Shown: one piece after another, positions 26,977 to 40,490 of the stretch | Position numbering within the stretch: position 1 is the first letter of the stretch | How the letters are laid out: each line of letters opens with the position of its first letter | Source of the DNA: Chrysomallon squamiferum | Lineage: Eukaryota; Animalia; Mollusca | Assembly (NCBI GenBank): GCA_012295275.1 | Contig: CM022671.1 | Span: 20,274,001-20,338,000 of the forward strand | Direction of reading: 5' to 3' | DNA length: 64,000 bases | Made by a program: the position numbers and the translations under genes | Notes under the pieces: model-generated | What the model was told of the DNA's origin: nothing | The model's input: only the letters and a program-made list of their open reading frames with translations | The model's database searches: none

Positions 26977-27900
26977 TTTTTAAACATATTTAGAGCTATG
27001 AAACTGTTCACAATTGAACAAATCTTTCTTACTTTTTTGTTTTCACTTGCATCTAATCTTTCCTTATCCCGTGGTTAAATATTGCGAGTGCCGTCTTAAC
27101 ATTACATCATTATTAAATAATAGTGATTTTATATTTAATTACTGTCATCATTTGTATTATTAATGATAACAATTATACAAAATAAATATTGATATGTAAC
27201 CTTAATAGTATTTTTAGAAAATAAATTACTAAGTATATTTATGCTCAAACTGATTGTTTAAAACAGTCATGGGCAAACTGCGGCCCGCTAGCCGCATGCG
27301 GTTTTCTGTGTGGCCCACCTAATTTCACAAGGAATATAACGTTAATTCAAATTTTATAAAATGAGTCAATTTTGTGTCTACTAATATACTAAAACACATG
27401 TAATTTTTTTTATTATAAGAGTTCCTGAAGTAAATGAAGATGAAACATTTCTTAAAACAAACTCGAAGTAAAAACACAAATTCGCCTAAATTAGTACCTG
27501 CGGCCCGCCTGAGGATGAGCCATTTCTCATGTGGCCCGCTTCTCGAAAAAGATTGCACATCCCTGGTTTAAAAGTTATAAGTTAACAACCCATGTCCGAG
27601 TTAGAATCTGTATATTCGAAATATTAAAAGTATTTGCGTCACATCCGCTTCGATGGCTATGTCTTTGTTGTGTAATAAGATCACGCAGTGAGGGTAAATT
27701 TATGTTAAAAAATTGATGTAGGATAATGATTACTGGATTATTGTTAGTTCATTATAGGTTTTAACTGTGCTATATATGACCTTAGTAGCATTCAGAGCGC
27801 ATGGTCGATTTCAGTTTGAGTTTTTAACGAAATTTCAATTCTATATTATATTATTATGAAATCAGAAAATTGAGAAATGATCAAATTTTGTAATAGACTA
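26500..27900. promoter_or_regulatory. Putative bidirectional promoter region between divergent MOV10L1 and ARIH2
   Basis: The two genes are head-to-head with starts about 3 kb apart. CpGs reappear locally between two CpG-depleted gene bodies. A candidate ARIH2 5'UTR donor (gagggtaaat) lies near 27694, and a candidate MOV10L1 5'UTR intron at 25640-25726. Confidence 0.5.
27264..27565. mobile_element. Non-autonomous hAT (Charlie-like) MITE, 302 bp
   Basis: Imperfect TIRs cagtcatgggcaaac / gattgcacatccctg. Perfect 8-bp TSD GTTTAAAA at 27256-27263 and 27566-27573. Internal (gc/gt)ggccc motifs typical of Charlie-type elements. Confidence 0.85.
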
Positions 27901-28621
27901 ATACTAATTGACTGAGATATCATTATCATTTTAAAAAGAAAAAAGAAAGCGTATTTACTTTTATTATTATTTAATCCTTTTTTATATTTGTAAGAAATAT
28001 CTGGGTATTAATTTTATGTTGTATAATATTTATGAAATAAAGACAAGCATGACACTAGTTAGTTGTTTGGTAGTTTAAAAAAGCAATAAAAAAACAACAA
28101 CAAAAAACAATCAAACAGTTGACATCACATTATTAGACATTAATAGTATAGTCATAATAGTGTTTTCATTTAGGAGTTAATTCAAAAATCAGAATATAAT
28201 GTGAAACAATAATAGGAATCAAATTTTTAATGTTATTTCATTGCCATCATATAAATGCTTGAATAGACGATATAACTTTATTAGCTAAATATCCAAGAAA
28301 GCATAGGATCCTAATGACTGAGAATATTGTAAATAAAATAATAATAGCAGGAAATTAATTTATTTGATATTAAAGATATATGAAGTCATGCATGTAAATA
28401 TGTTAAAGTATTAATCATAATTAACATTGTGTATTTTTATGTAGAGTAGTAGAATATCATATGTTTATATTACAAGAATCAAAATATTTCACGTAGTATT
28501 ACTATCATTGAAATCTGATGTACAATGCCACACAGAATCTCAAACATAATTCAATATAAAAGAAAAATCTGTAACTGTTTTGTTGTGTCAAGCAGGACAT
28601 AGTAATACTGAGATATTCACA

Positions 28622-31600
28622 ATGTCGGATGACATGAAGAGTCTCAACTCAGACGAAGAATGTGATGATACGTCTGAGCACATGGAGGAATCTGATGATG
28701 AATCATTTACTGGATATTATGATGAGACTGATGACCTTGATCTAGATAAACCAAAGAAAACTGATGACCCTGAGTATTTTGAATATGAATTGCTACAGAT
28801 AGAAGGAGTAGACAGGCTCCTTAATGAGGAGATTGAAGCCCTATGTACTGCACTGAGGGTATGCTACAAATTTTGCTTCAAATCATAAGTGGTTGTAGAA
28901 ACTAGAATAAAACTGAATTTCACAGTCAAAATGTTGACTTAAATGATTTCGTTAATAACTGGATAAGTGGAATTGATGAAAGTTTTTTTCAATACATTTG
29001 TTTAAATGATGATCAAAACATAATTTTATTTATCAAATATTGTAATACAAAAGTGAATAAATGCTTTAATTACATAAATTTTGTTAATTTGTGTATTACA
29101 TTTGGTCATTTACAGTTTAAAAACAAAAAATTATAAATTATAAATTGTTCATGGTTCATCTAATAGTGCTGATTTTGATTGAAAACAAAAATCAAAGAAT
29201 AATATTGCTGTCCTGTTTTTTATTTAAAAAAATTGTATGGTACTTTTTATAGTTGGAAAGAAGAACATTGATAGGAAATGCTTAATTTATATTTCAAGAT
29301 AGATCATTTATACTTAATCAGTTTTTAGTTTGTCACAGGGGTAATATTATTTGGTGAAATACTGTTTCTAAATCCAAGAATAATTTTTTTTTTTTTTTTT
29401 TTTTTTTACTGACCTTCAGGTTCCTCCATCTCTGGCAAAGATGCTACTTCTGGCTCATGACTGGCAACGTGACTATATAATTGAACAGTATGTTTGTTGG
29501 GTTTTCTAAAAAAAAAATTATGTTTCTATGGTTGTTTGTTTTTTGTGAATATTATTATTATTACTGTTATTCTTAAGGTGTTTTTTGAAATGTTTCTTTA
29601 TTTTTTTTTTTCTTTAGACATTTTAGTCTTTAGTTCTGTTCCCAAATCTGATTAATCCAGTTCAAACAGAAGAAAAATAACCAGCTTATCTATTAGAATA
29701 AAGCAAAAGAAATCTTTTAATGCTAATAATGTTAATAAGGAAATCTGTTAGTATAAAATAATAAGAGGTTGATAAAATTAATAATTATTTATTTAAAAGA
29801 TATCTTTTTCTCTGAGATTACAAATTGTACTTCTGATAAAATAATTAAGATATTTTAACTAATATCTTTATTTAATTTCATAAATTTTAAATTTAAAAAG
29901 GTAAAAAACCAAAAAAATTATGTTTTGTTAAAATAATTTGTACTATTCAATAATAATATAAACAGTATATTTTGAGATTATAACTAAAATATTTTTTTTC
30001 TATATAAATCTCTCTTATTTGTTTTTTGTTGTTTTTGTAGTCATCATAAAGATCCAGAAAAATTACTGGTGGATTCCAAAATAAAGAGCTCTAAGCCTTC
30101 AAAGGTATGTAGGGTGTTTGTCTCTCTCTCTCTCTCTCTCAAAGCAATTATAAAGTCAATATATATGTCTTGTACATTGTCTAATATACCCTCATCATTA
30201 CAGAAACTTTCAAGCTGATTTGAATCTGTCCAAAGATTTTATTTCAAATAATTTTTTATAAAATTCAGGCAACAGACAGGCACCTATTTTGAAATTTGTA
30301 GGTTATGAATTCATAATTCACCAGTTTTATATTGGAATTTTGATTACTGGGGATAGTATTAATTATTTCTCTTTTTTTATTATTGTAGTTATTTATTACT
30401 ACTTGTTTTATGTTAATGTCATTGTTTTTTTTATTATCATTATTATTAAAAATATTATATATATTTTCTAAGTCATTAAAGTATGAGATTATTAATCAAA
30501 TTTGTAGGAAGTTATAGTTGGAAATAGTCAGATGTGTAAAGTCTGTGCTAATGAACAGTCACGTGAGAACTTTCATGGATTAAACTGTGGTCACATGTTC
30601 TGTCAGTCATGTTGGGATATGCATTTCCAAGTCCAAATCAAAGAAGGCCTCACTACAGGTAAGTGACGCAGTGAGTTCCAGCTCATACTTACAAAACCTA
30701 GAAGTCTTGCCATAGTTGCTTTGTAAATATCATTTGTTTTATATGGTAAATATTAACATTGTTTAATTATTAAATTATGGTTTGTGAAATTTGTTGTTTT
30801 TCTTTACTTAAATATTCTTTCAAAAGCATTACAAAGAAAAATTGTATTACTGGAAGCCAAATTCAAAACCTAAATTTAGGCTTTTGTTTAGGATTTCATA
30901 ATGGTGCTATTTAGTTTCATTTATATCCAACTTACAACAATTAAATTAATGCTTGGAGGCAATAATTTTTCATAAAAATTAAGCAAGCAAAATTAAATGA
31001 TTAAAATATGTTTCAGGGATTGAATGCATGGGAAATGATTGCACAGTATTAGTTCCAGAAGATTTTCTCTGCAGTATTTTAAGTGACCCAACTTTTCGAG
31101 ACCGATATTCCAAGCTTTCATTTAATGATCTAGTAAAGGTAAGTCTTAATACATCCTTTAATTAAATTTAACAGTTTCCAAGAATTATTTAACTAAGCTG
31201 AGCAAACAGTCTCTTTGAACTTTGAGCAGACTGTAGATTTGTCACAGAGCATTAAATAATAGCGTAACTGGTTGCATGTCCAGTCCATGTCAGTGTTCCC
31301 ATGGGATATTTTTTCTGCTTCATTTAGAGTCAGTAAAAAGCCATGATATGTTCTTTCTACTGGAAGTAATCAAAAAAGAATAACCCCAAAATAACAGCAC
31401 ATTTCTGGTGGGATCCTCAACCATATACAATAGATCTAATTGCACTGATCTGTCATTAAATAAAATATTTGTTCCTTTAATTACAGAACCATCCTCAGCT
31501 CCGTTTTTGTCCAGGAATTAATTGCTCCATCATAGTCAGAGCTAAGGAGCCATTTGCAAAGAAGGTGGAATGTACAGAATGCCACTCATCTTTCTGGTAG

Positions 31601-34600
31601 ATTTTATTTTACATCTTTATCTGTCTTCTTTATTATTACTCTTAACTTCTTCTTTCCTCCTATAAACTATTTTCTGTCACCAAATAATTTATTATAGTTT
31701 TATATCTAATAAAACAGTTATAGCTATTATTAAAAATAAATATATAATTTTATATTCTTTGCATAGAAAAGTATAACTATGATAGTGGATGTTACTATTA
31801 TTAATATTATTATTTTTTAATTTAACAGTATTACTTTTACCAGCCAGTACCCTATTAACAGTTTATCAAATGCAAATCATATGCACATTTCTTGCTTTGA
31901 ATAGCTGTATATACAGTACTCTTTGTTACCAATAAATAAAAGTTTCCAGGAATTGGCTGTGAATAATAAATATATACTCATAATACTGTGTCCAAATCCA
32001 TATGATCAATCATTTTGTGTCAGAAATATTTTTTAAATTTTTATTTTACTATTATTAAATTTATTTTCCTTACTTTTTTGGAGAATTTCATTGTGGTATT
32101 GTTGTTGTTGTTGTTGTTATATTTTTTTATTAGTTGAGGTTTTGAATACATAGCTGTGCTATAAAAAAATGAAATGATGTATTCAATTAATTATAACAGA
32201 TAAAGAAATTTCTAACAAGTGACTTGTTCTATTTATTTAGTTTCCGGTGTGGAATGCAGTACCATGCACCCACCAAGTGTGATACCATCAAGAAATGGCT
32301 AACCAAGTGTGCTGATGATTCAGAGACTGCCAACTACATCAGTGCACACACTAAAGATGTAGGTTACACATTTCTGATTGTCTGTTTGACACTGCAGTTT
32401 TTTCTTTATTTTGGACAATATAAACAGCATAGTTATTCACACATTGTGGTTCCTTTTCAGCTTAGAAAGTTATAAAAGATTAGTAAGTTTCCTTACATTT
32501 TTTTTTCTGATTTATTACAGTTATATTTGGTCTAAAAAATATTTGTTTTTGTTTTCAGTGTCCAAAATGTCATGTATGCATTGAGAAAAATGGAGGATGT
32601 AATCACATGGTATGGTTGGAAATTTATATTATACTTTTATTTTATGTTTCCCATTGATTATCAAACACAGAGTGTTAAGAAGTATTTCTAAGTTGTGTTC
32701 TTATTGTAATTATAATGCTATATTATATTAGTGTCCTATTGAGAAAAGTAATCATGACAAGGAAGATCATTAACTTGTGTTCACCTGATTGTAAACCAAC
32801 ATTTAGAAGAAAAAATTAATAAAAATCAGAGCAGTAAACTTAAGATAGATAATTAATCAATCTGCAGCAGTGTTATTTAATTGTACACCACAACATTTCT
32901 GCTTTAAATACAAGTAAAATATTACAAAGATAATTGTATTGTTATAAAGGTATAAGATGAATGACTACACATAATAGCATATACCATATATTTTAATTTT
33001 TAAATATTATCTGATACAAATAATGGTTCATACATTCCTTTATTACTTGTGCCCATCATCCCTCTTGGGACACAGGATGTTGATAATAGCTCTCTCCAGA
33101 GTTGTCTATCTTGTGATTTTATTTCAAGCAGCTTCCAAGTATAATCTGTTTTCTTAATATCTGTTTGTTCCACCTGCTACAGAAATTTTGATTCTTTTAT
33201 TTGCTAAGTAGCAAATTTGTTTTCTGTAGATCCTCTATACAAATTTTAAAACCAAAAGAAGAATAATTTCATTCCACAGTTAACTGGCATTTATTCCATC
33301 TTTTCATTTACAGTGAAATTACAAAAATGTTTTTAGAATTATCTGCCTTTTCATGCTGCTATAAATCTGTATGTAAAATTCTGGTACTTGACTGTTTGTG
33401 TTTAATATTTTTCAGCAATGTTCTAAGTGCAAATTTGACTTCTGTTGGATGTGTCTTGGAGGTAAAAAAAAAAACGACAAAAAAACTTGATTATAAATTT
33501 TGCTTCATAAATTATCTATGCAATATTTTAGGCTCAGGCTTTTAAGTGCCTGTAAATTGTTATGAATTATATTGTTATATTTTCCTTTTTTATTCACATA
33601 ATTGTACACCAACACATGAATTAGCTATCTGTTGGAATCAATATTTTTTGGATAGCTCAGAATATCAATTTTTGTTTTACATTTCTTTTAAATTATTATT
33701 ATTACTATTTTATTTTACATTAGTAAAAATATATTGGTATTTCTTGTATTAATAAAAACTAATTCAGATAGATTATTAATTTGTTTGATTAAAATAGGTT
33801 TGTCTGTTCAAAAGTGGGAAATTGTTTTCTTTAAAATACAAGTTGAATTTTAAAGTTGTGGAAGATGTACCAATTTTCTTGTTTTGTTGGAGTTCAATTT
33901 TGTTGTTTTAAATCTTTTAGTGAATACTTTTGTAATAAACTGATTTCAGATTGGAAGGCACATGGTAGTGAATATTATGAATGTAGCCGGTACAAAGAAA
34001 ATCCTAACATCGCTAATGAGTCTGTTTTGGTGCAGGCACGGGAAGCACTCAAGAAATATCTATTTTATTATGAACGGGTGAGTGCAGTTGTTGTTCAGAC
34101 TATTTGATTTATTGCAAATAGGGGAGCACGTTTTAACTTGCTATTTTTGTTAGATAGTTATTTTCAGTAAAAAAGAATGTTTTTTTGTTGTTGTTACATT
34201 TTCTGTTTGGATTTTCACATTTATCTGTGCATTGGGTTAATAACAATACATTTTCTGTGTAGTTCTATGTTTTTGTTGGTGTCAATAAAATTGGAATATT
34301 TAAAATTATTATTATTATTATATTTTTAAATTGATCTTATCTTTCAGTTATAATATTTCTAATAGCTTATGACTGAACAAGCTAAATGAAAATATATAAT
34401 AATGTAGGTTATATATTTTTTTATGATGCCTTGTTGTTTGTTGTAAATTTTTCCATTGAAAATACATGCCAAAAATCTATTTATGTAATGAGAATGAATA
34501 AAACTGAATATTCTTATTTTGTCTTTAAGGCATTTAAAAATAAATATAAAAAACAAGGTTATTATATTTTATTACTTATCCTGACAATGCTTTCTTTTTT

Positions 34601-36287
34601 TTTGAATTCTATAATTATCATAATAGTGGGAGAACCATGCCAAGAGTTTGAAACTAGAAGAACAAACTTTGCTGAAGATCAAATCACGTATTCAGGAAAA
34701 AGTCATGAACAATGAAGGAACATGGATTGACTGGCAATATCTGCTTGATGCCGCAACCTTGCTGAAGAAGGTTTAGCTTACAATTTCTACTTCCATTAAT
34801 TTTTTATTCTGGTATAATTTAGAATTGTACAGGTACAGGCTCAATTATCCAGCATCCTGAAATCCAGAAAACCAGAAAAGTTTTCCCCTGACGCTATTTT
34901 CATAATTTGATGTGCAGGTGTTGTGCTCACCAGATCAGAACTACTCTTTCAATCTGCATGGCGTTCATTCACTCGCTGCATTGTTTTCGTGTCAAGTTGC
35001 CACAATTGTGTATCATCAATTTTCTTTTGTTTTTAATTTTAAAATGTTTATGCCTAATTATTTACATATTTGAATGCCTTGGTACCAAAAAACCGGAAAA
35101 TTCAGAAATCTGGAATGCCTGAGGCCCCAAGGAGTCCGTTTAATTGGTCTGGTACCTGTATTTACTTTAAAAAAATTAAAATCAGTTTACATCAAGATTA
35201 CAACCTGCTTGTATTCTCATATACACACATATATACATATATATACAATAATATATATATGCATAAAATAAATTGTGCAAATAATGTATAAATGTAAAAT
35301 TATTATAATTACTTCATGAAAGCAAAGGTACGAAGAAATTTGTTGTTGTTCTCACAATACAATGTGCTTCTGAACTTTGTTATTCAGAGGGTTTTTTTAA
35401 AAATTATTCTTTTTTTAACAGTTTAATAATATGTGGTCATTGTCATTGCAGTGTCGATATACATTACAGTACACTTATCCATATGCCTATTACATGGAAA
35501 AAAGTGGAAAGAAACAACTGGTAAGTAAACACATGCTGTATGTAATAGACCAAAGTATACACAGTATTTTAATGTATGTACATTTTTGTTTAAAATTTCT
35601 AAGAAAGATGTAAAGAGATTTTATGTATTAGGGACAAAATAAAATATATTTTATATTTGGTGAGTACTCAGTAAATTATGCAAATGTAATTATAGCAAAT
35701 AAGCAGATAAATATAATTGGGGAAAAAAAGGTTAATTCTAATTAATAATTGTTTCCATTAGTATAGATATTGAAAGCCAAAAAATGTGCAATATATACCA
35801 GCTTATCTTTCAATTTCTGTCGCTGATTATCATTTGTATGTATTTTATCAAAATATATCATTTCAACCAAATATCTCCCACATGAAATTATGTGAAATGT
35901 GTATATTCTTTATGTTAATGAAATATTTGGTACTGATGATTTTTTTTTTCACATTTATTTACAATGTTAATAATATTTTTTTTTTCCCCTTTAGTTTGAA
36001 TATCAGCAAGCTCAGCTGGAGGCAGAAGTAGAAAATTTATCTTGGAAAGTTGAAAGGGCAGAGATTACTGATAGAGGGGTAAGTTCTTAATATATGTAAG
36101 AATACTTCTTGGACAGAATTTTATATATATATATATATATATATTATTTATTATTATTATGACACATGATTAACTATTCTTCATTATTATTATTATTATT
36201 ATTATATAATTTTAGGATTTGGAGAATCAAATGGATATTGCAGAGAAAAGACGACTAACCCTTTTGAAAGATTTCTTGATTAAATAA
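28622..36287 (+). CDS. ARIH2: E3 ubiquitin-protein ligase ARIH2 (Ariadne-2/TRIAD1, RING-IBR-RING), 14 coding exons, 487 aa
   Basis: Exons: 28622-28858, 29420-29487, 30041-30104, 30508-30658, 31017-31138, 31487-31596, 32241-32358, 32559-32609, 33416-33461, 33950-34077, 34627-34770, 35452-35520, 35995-36078, 36216-36287 (1464 nt, intact frame, all GT-AG). Acidic N-terminus with DPEYFEY; RING1 [14 protein letters not shown]; [12 protein letters not shown]; [41 protein letters not shown]; [19 protein letters not shown]; Ariadne domain [34 protein letters not shown]. Confidence 0.96.
33040..33162 (-). mobile_element. 3' terminal fragment of an RTE-clade LINE in ARIH2 intron
   Basis: The minus strand reads [26 protein letters not shown], matching the TW..l...AQDR..WR C-terminal motif of RTE ORFs. 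Confidence 0.65.
34830..35158. mobile_element. Tc1/mariner-pogo (Tigger-like) MITE in ARIH2 intron
   Basis: TA flanks on both sides. Degenerate TIRs caggtacaggctcaattatcc / cgtttaattggtctggtacctg. Confidence 0.6.
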
Positions 36288-37633
36288 TCAGCATAAAGTA
36301 TGGTCATAACTACAGCTCTGGTCTCAGTTGTGTGAAATGGTCTTGTTTTTTTTTTAATGGTATTTTTTACAAATTTGCTTTATTTCTGATTGATTGTTGT
36401 ACTAACTTTATTTATCTATTTATTTTTTAAATATAAAGATATAACAGGAAAAATAAAAAGAAAACATTTATGTTGTTGTAAATCAGTTTAGTAACACTTT
36501 GTCATTTAAAAAGTAAATGAATTTAACATTTTTTCAATTATTTTTCTTTTAAATTTAATTTTTATTCTTTCGTCTGTTAAAGGATTATTTACAAGTATTC
36601 TGTTTGTAATATGTTTTTGTTTTTTCTTAGTATGTGTGATGACAGAGATATTCAAGCTTCCACAGGTAAATTGTAAACTAAAATGAATAGATAAAAAAAA
36701 AAAAAAAAAAAAAAATAATAATAATAATAATAAAAAAAAAAATTCAAATTCAAAAAATCAAATCAAAAAAAATATTGTAAGTTGTTAAATTAAAATGAAA
36801 AGCAAAAATAAAAAAAAAAAAAAAGAAATAAATAAAAAAATATATTATAAAGTAAATTGTTAAACTGAAATGAAAAGTAAAAATTAAAAAAATTAAAAGA
36901 AAAAGAATAAATAAAAAATTCAAAAAATAATAATAAAAGAAAAAATATAATTAAATAAATTCAAAAAAACAAACATAAAAATTCAAAAAAATACTCTAGG
37001 TAATAAAAATAATAAAATATAAAACATTTTATAATAAAAAAAAAAATTAAATAAATCTAAATAATAATTTTAAAAATTTAACAGTAATTAATATGATAAT
37101 TATATAATATTAATAATAAAATGTAATTAAATATTAATGATATATATATAATAAATATTAAATAATAATTAATTACTTTAGGTATTAAAATTTAAAGATA
37201 TAAAATATTATAATAATGTTCATGACCAGATTGCTAGATATGGCCTTTCTGATCTTACAGCTTGAAGTTAATAATGAAACTGTCAGTCAGTGTATACAAA
37301 TAAGACATTTTTGATGTTTACTGCTATACAGAAGTGGTATAAAATGTTGTCCTCAGGTGATTCAGATTAAATAATTTGTTCTGTACATAACAAAGTCTTC
37401 CATGTAATTTCGTAAGTGTTTTTTATTTTTCTCCTTCACTTCTTGCCAACTTGTTTAAAACTGCCTTCAATTATTCCCATGTCTGTAGATTGTTTTTGTG
37501 TGGTTTAAAACATAGTTATTCAAAATGTGTAATTAAATAGATTTTGTTTATAATCCTCAACAGAGGAAAAACTTCTACTAATGATACCTTGGAAAGTAGT
37601 GCCTTTATTTCTTTAATAAAGAAACTTCTATTT

Positions 37634-37666
<33 letters not shown>

Positions 37667-38548
37667 CATATATATGTATATATATATATCAGAAATCCAA
37701 TAAAACAGCAGGAAAGATAGCATTTTTAATGCACAAAAATATTACTACATTTAAATATATTAATAGAACTAATTATTTATTTATTTATATTAAGCATTAA
37801 AAAAAGAAAAATGATGAAAAGTAAAAGAAGAAAAAAGTTTAACTTATATTCTATTTTGAATGGACAACACAAATCTTACAGGACGAGTGGTGTCAGTACA
37901 TTTATCTTTCTGTTAATGAAAATATTTTAATAATTATAATACAATTTTATGACAAGTTTTTCTTTTTGTATTTTCTTTAAAAAAAATTCTTGTTCTTTTC
38001 AAGCACTGGCAGTTAAAATAATAATAGTTATTATATGTCATTTATTGTTAATTTGAACTCGACTAAATTCTTTTTTGAAATCCATTACCAGTATGAAAAA
38101 TATTTCTGTTCTATGTATTTATTTAATTATATACAGAAAAATTTAGTTAATGTCCAGATCATATGGGGTAGATTTTAACAAAATAAGATTTGGGGAGAAA
38201 CATTAACATTTTTTATTTTTTATTTTACCAGTTAATTGGTTCTGAAAGTTGAAATATGCACCAAGAAATTAACACTGCCAAAGTTATAAACAATCTGTGC
38301 ATTGATTAATATGTTGATAAGAATGAAAAATTATAATTTTGTAAATATGTTGTTTTCTACCATGATTAATTTAGATGAAACCATTTTAGGAATGGTTACT
38401 TTCTTTTCAGTAATGATAATTATAATTATTATTATGAAAAAAAAGAAAAAAAAAAAAGAATGAAGAGATGATTTTATGTTCCTAATTTAAACCTTTAATA
38501 TTTAAAATAAACATTCAAAACTAACTATATTGTATTTTATTTTTTTTT

Positions 38549-38579
<31 letters not shown>

Positions 38580-40451
38580 TTTTTTATATAAAATAAAATA
38601 ACTAGATAAAATAGATAATTATGTGTTATACAAGTTGATTGTTATTGTTCTCTTACATTTTAATCAGTTTGGTTATGAATGTATGTTACCATTTAAATTT
38701 AAATGTGAAAATAATGCTTGGTTTTTTTGTTTGTTTTATTTTTTTTTATTTTTTTTTTCAATATATAAATTCTAGCAATATTCTAACAAATACTACTAAT
38801 AAAAGTTGATCATATATTTCTTATATTTTTAATAATTGCAACAACAACAACAATAATAGCCTCCATAGTCTGTATTAACAAAAAATCTAATGTATAACCT
38901 TTACCATGGATATATCTGTATTATTCTTGGCAACAAGAAAATTACTGGTATGTATAATGCTACACTGCATAATATGTTTTTATGATATCTCATTTGAATC
39001 CTTTCAGGAGTGTATATACGTTATTGTTGTGATAGTAATGTTTTCTACAGTAACAGTTTGTATTTTAACTAAGGATAAGCCTTCACTGGAATATTTAATA
39101 TAACCAAAGGATAATGTTTTTTGAATCTCTGTATATTCGAAATGGGAATAAATTTGATTGTCATGTAATGGAATATTTTTGTTTTTATATTTTGTGTTGT
39201 CCTAAATAATTGAGAAATATTTGTATATTTAAATAATATAAAAATTGAAAAAAAAAGAAGAGAAAAAGTGATAATTATTTGCCAGCATTTCTGATTGACT
39301 CATATATAATTATTCTCGCTTTTGTTCATTTATAACTTTTAATATGCAGTTATTCTTAGTTTCCAATTTTCACTTGTACCTATGTAAACTGTATAAAATA
39401 AATTTAAAGGATGACAGAAATGTCAATTTTAACCTTAATGTATCAGTATTAATTTCCAACATGTCAATTTTTTTTTTTTTTTTTATTAATGAGTATGCTG
39501 CTAGTAAGAATTTAGACCGTGTGTTCTTGAAACTACCCACACACATAAACACAAAACGCAACGACAAAATGACTTGGCTGTTACTTATTAATATGATGGA
39601 TTATATCGGTACCTACGTGCAAGTTGACGCACATAAACCATTTGATATTTATTTTATTACATGGCCGTAACAACACTGAGGCAAATAAGACAAATGCCTC
39701 ATAACGAAATACAGTTATATCAATCTATCTATCTATCTGTATATAAAGATTTTATTTTAAAAATATGAAATGTAAAGCTGTAATCCGATAGAAACGATAT
39801 CCACTTTCAAGTCGGAACTTCCTAGACCCCTCGCCCGAACATTTTGGCCCCGCTCCACTTTTTTGCTTCATTTCAAAAAGAGTCTTGTTACGGCCATGTA
39901 TTACGCACCATATGAATAATAACTTTAAAAAGTCATTGACCATAGTGGATAAATACAAAGCTGACAATTAATAAATTATATTGTATTAATTTTCAGTCTA
40001 CTTTGGAAGTTCAATGATCGACATTAAAAAAAAAAAGGAGAACTAGGAAAGTTCGGACACCTAATGATGTTGACTTCTAATGACCGTCAGAAATAACATT
40101 AGCGTGAGAACTTTCGAATTACAAAACTGGCAGCTTTATAAAACCGGCGAGATAATCATCTCGGCATAAGCCAGCAATGGTGTGTTTCCTATTCGCCAGT
40201 TGCATGGGCCTACGCTCCCGTAACTTAACAAATATCTCTGATAAATGCTGAATCAACGGTCGTGACGTTTAGGAAGGAAGGAAGGAAGGAAATGTTTTTA
40301 TTCAGCACATATTTTCTCACAGTGATACAAAATTTAGAACAACGACTATTGGTTGAATTAAACTGCCTATACAGTGTTGATTGGTTGGTTCTAGATAAGT
40401 GGGTTGAATAAACCAATAATGTTTCAAGGATGTTTTTATTTATTTATTTAT

Positions 40452-40490
<39 letters not shown>

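Noticed and set aside
39780-40230. CpG-rich segment with a short inverted repeat (aaccggcga...tcgccagtt), considered as an RNA gene or promoter
   Set aside because: No tRNA A/B boxes or known ncRNA motif, and no downstream exon identified. It is best explained as the edge of the unmethylated domain.
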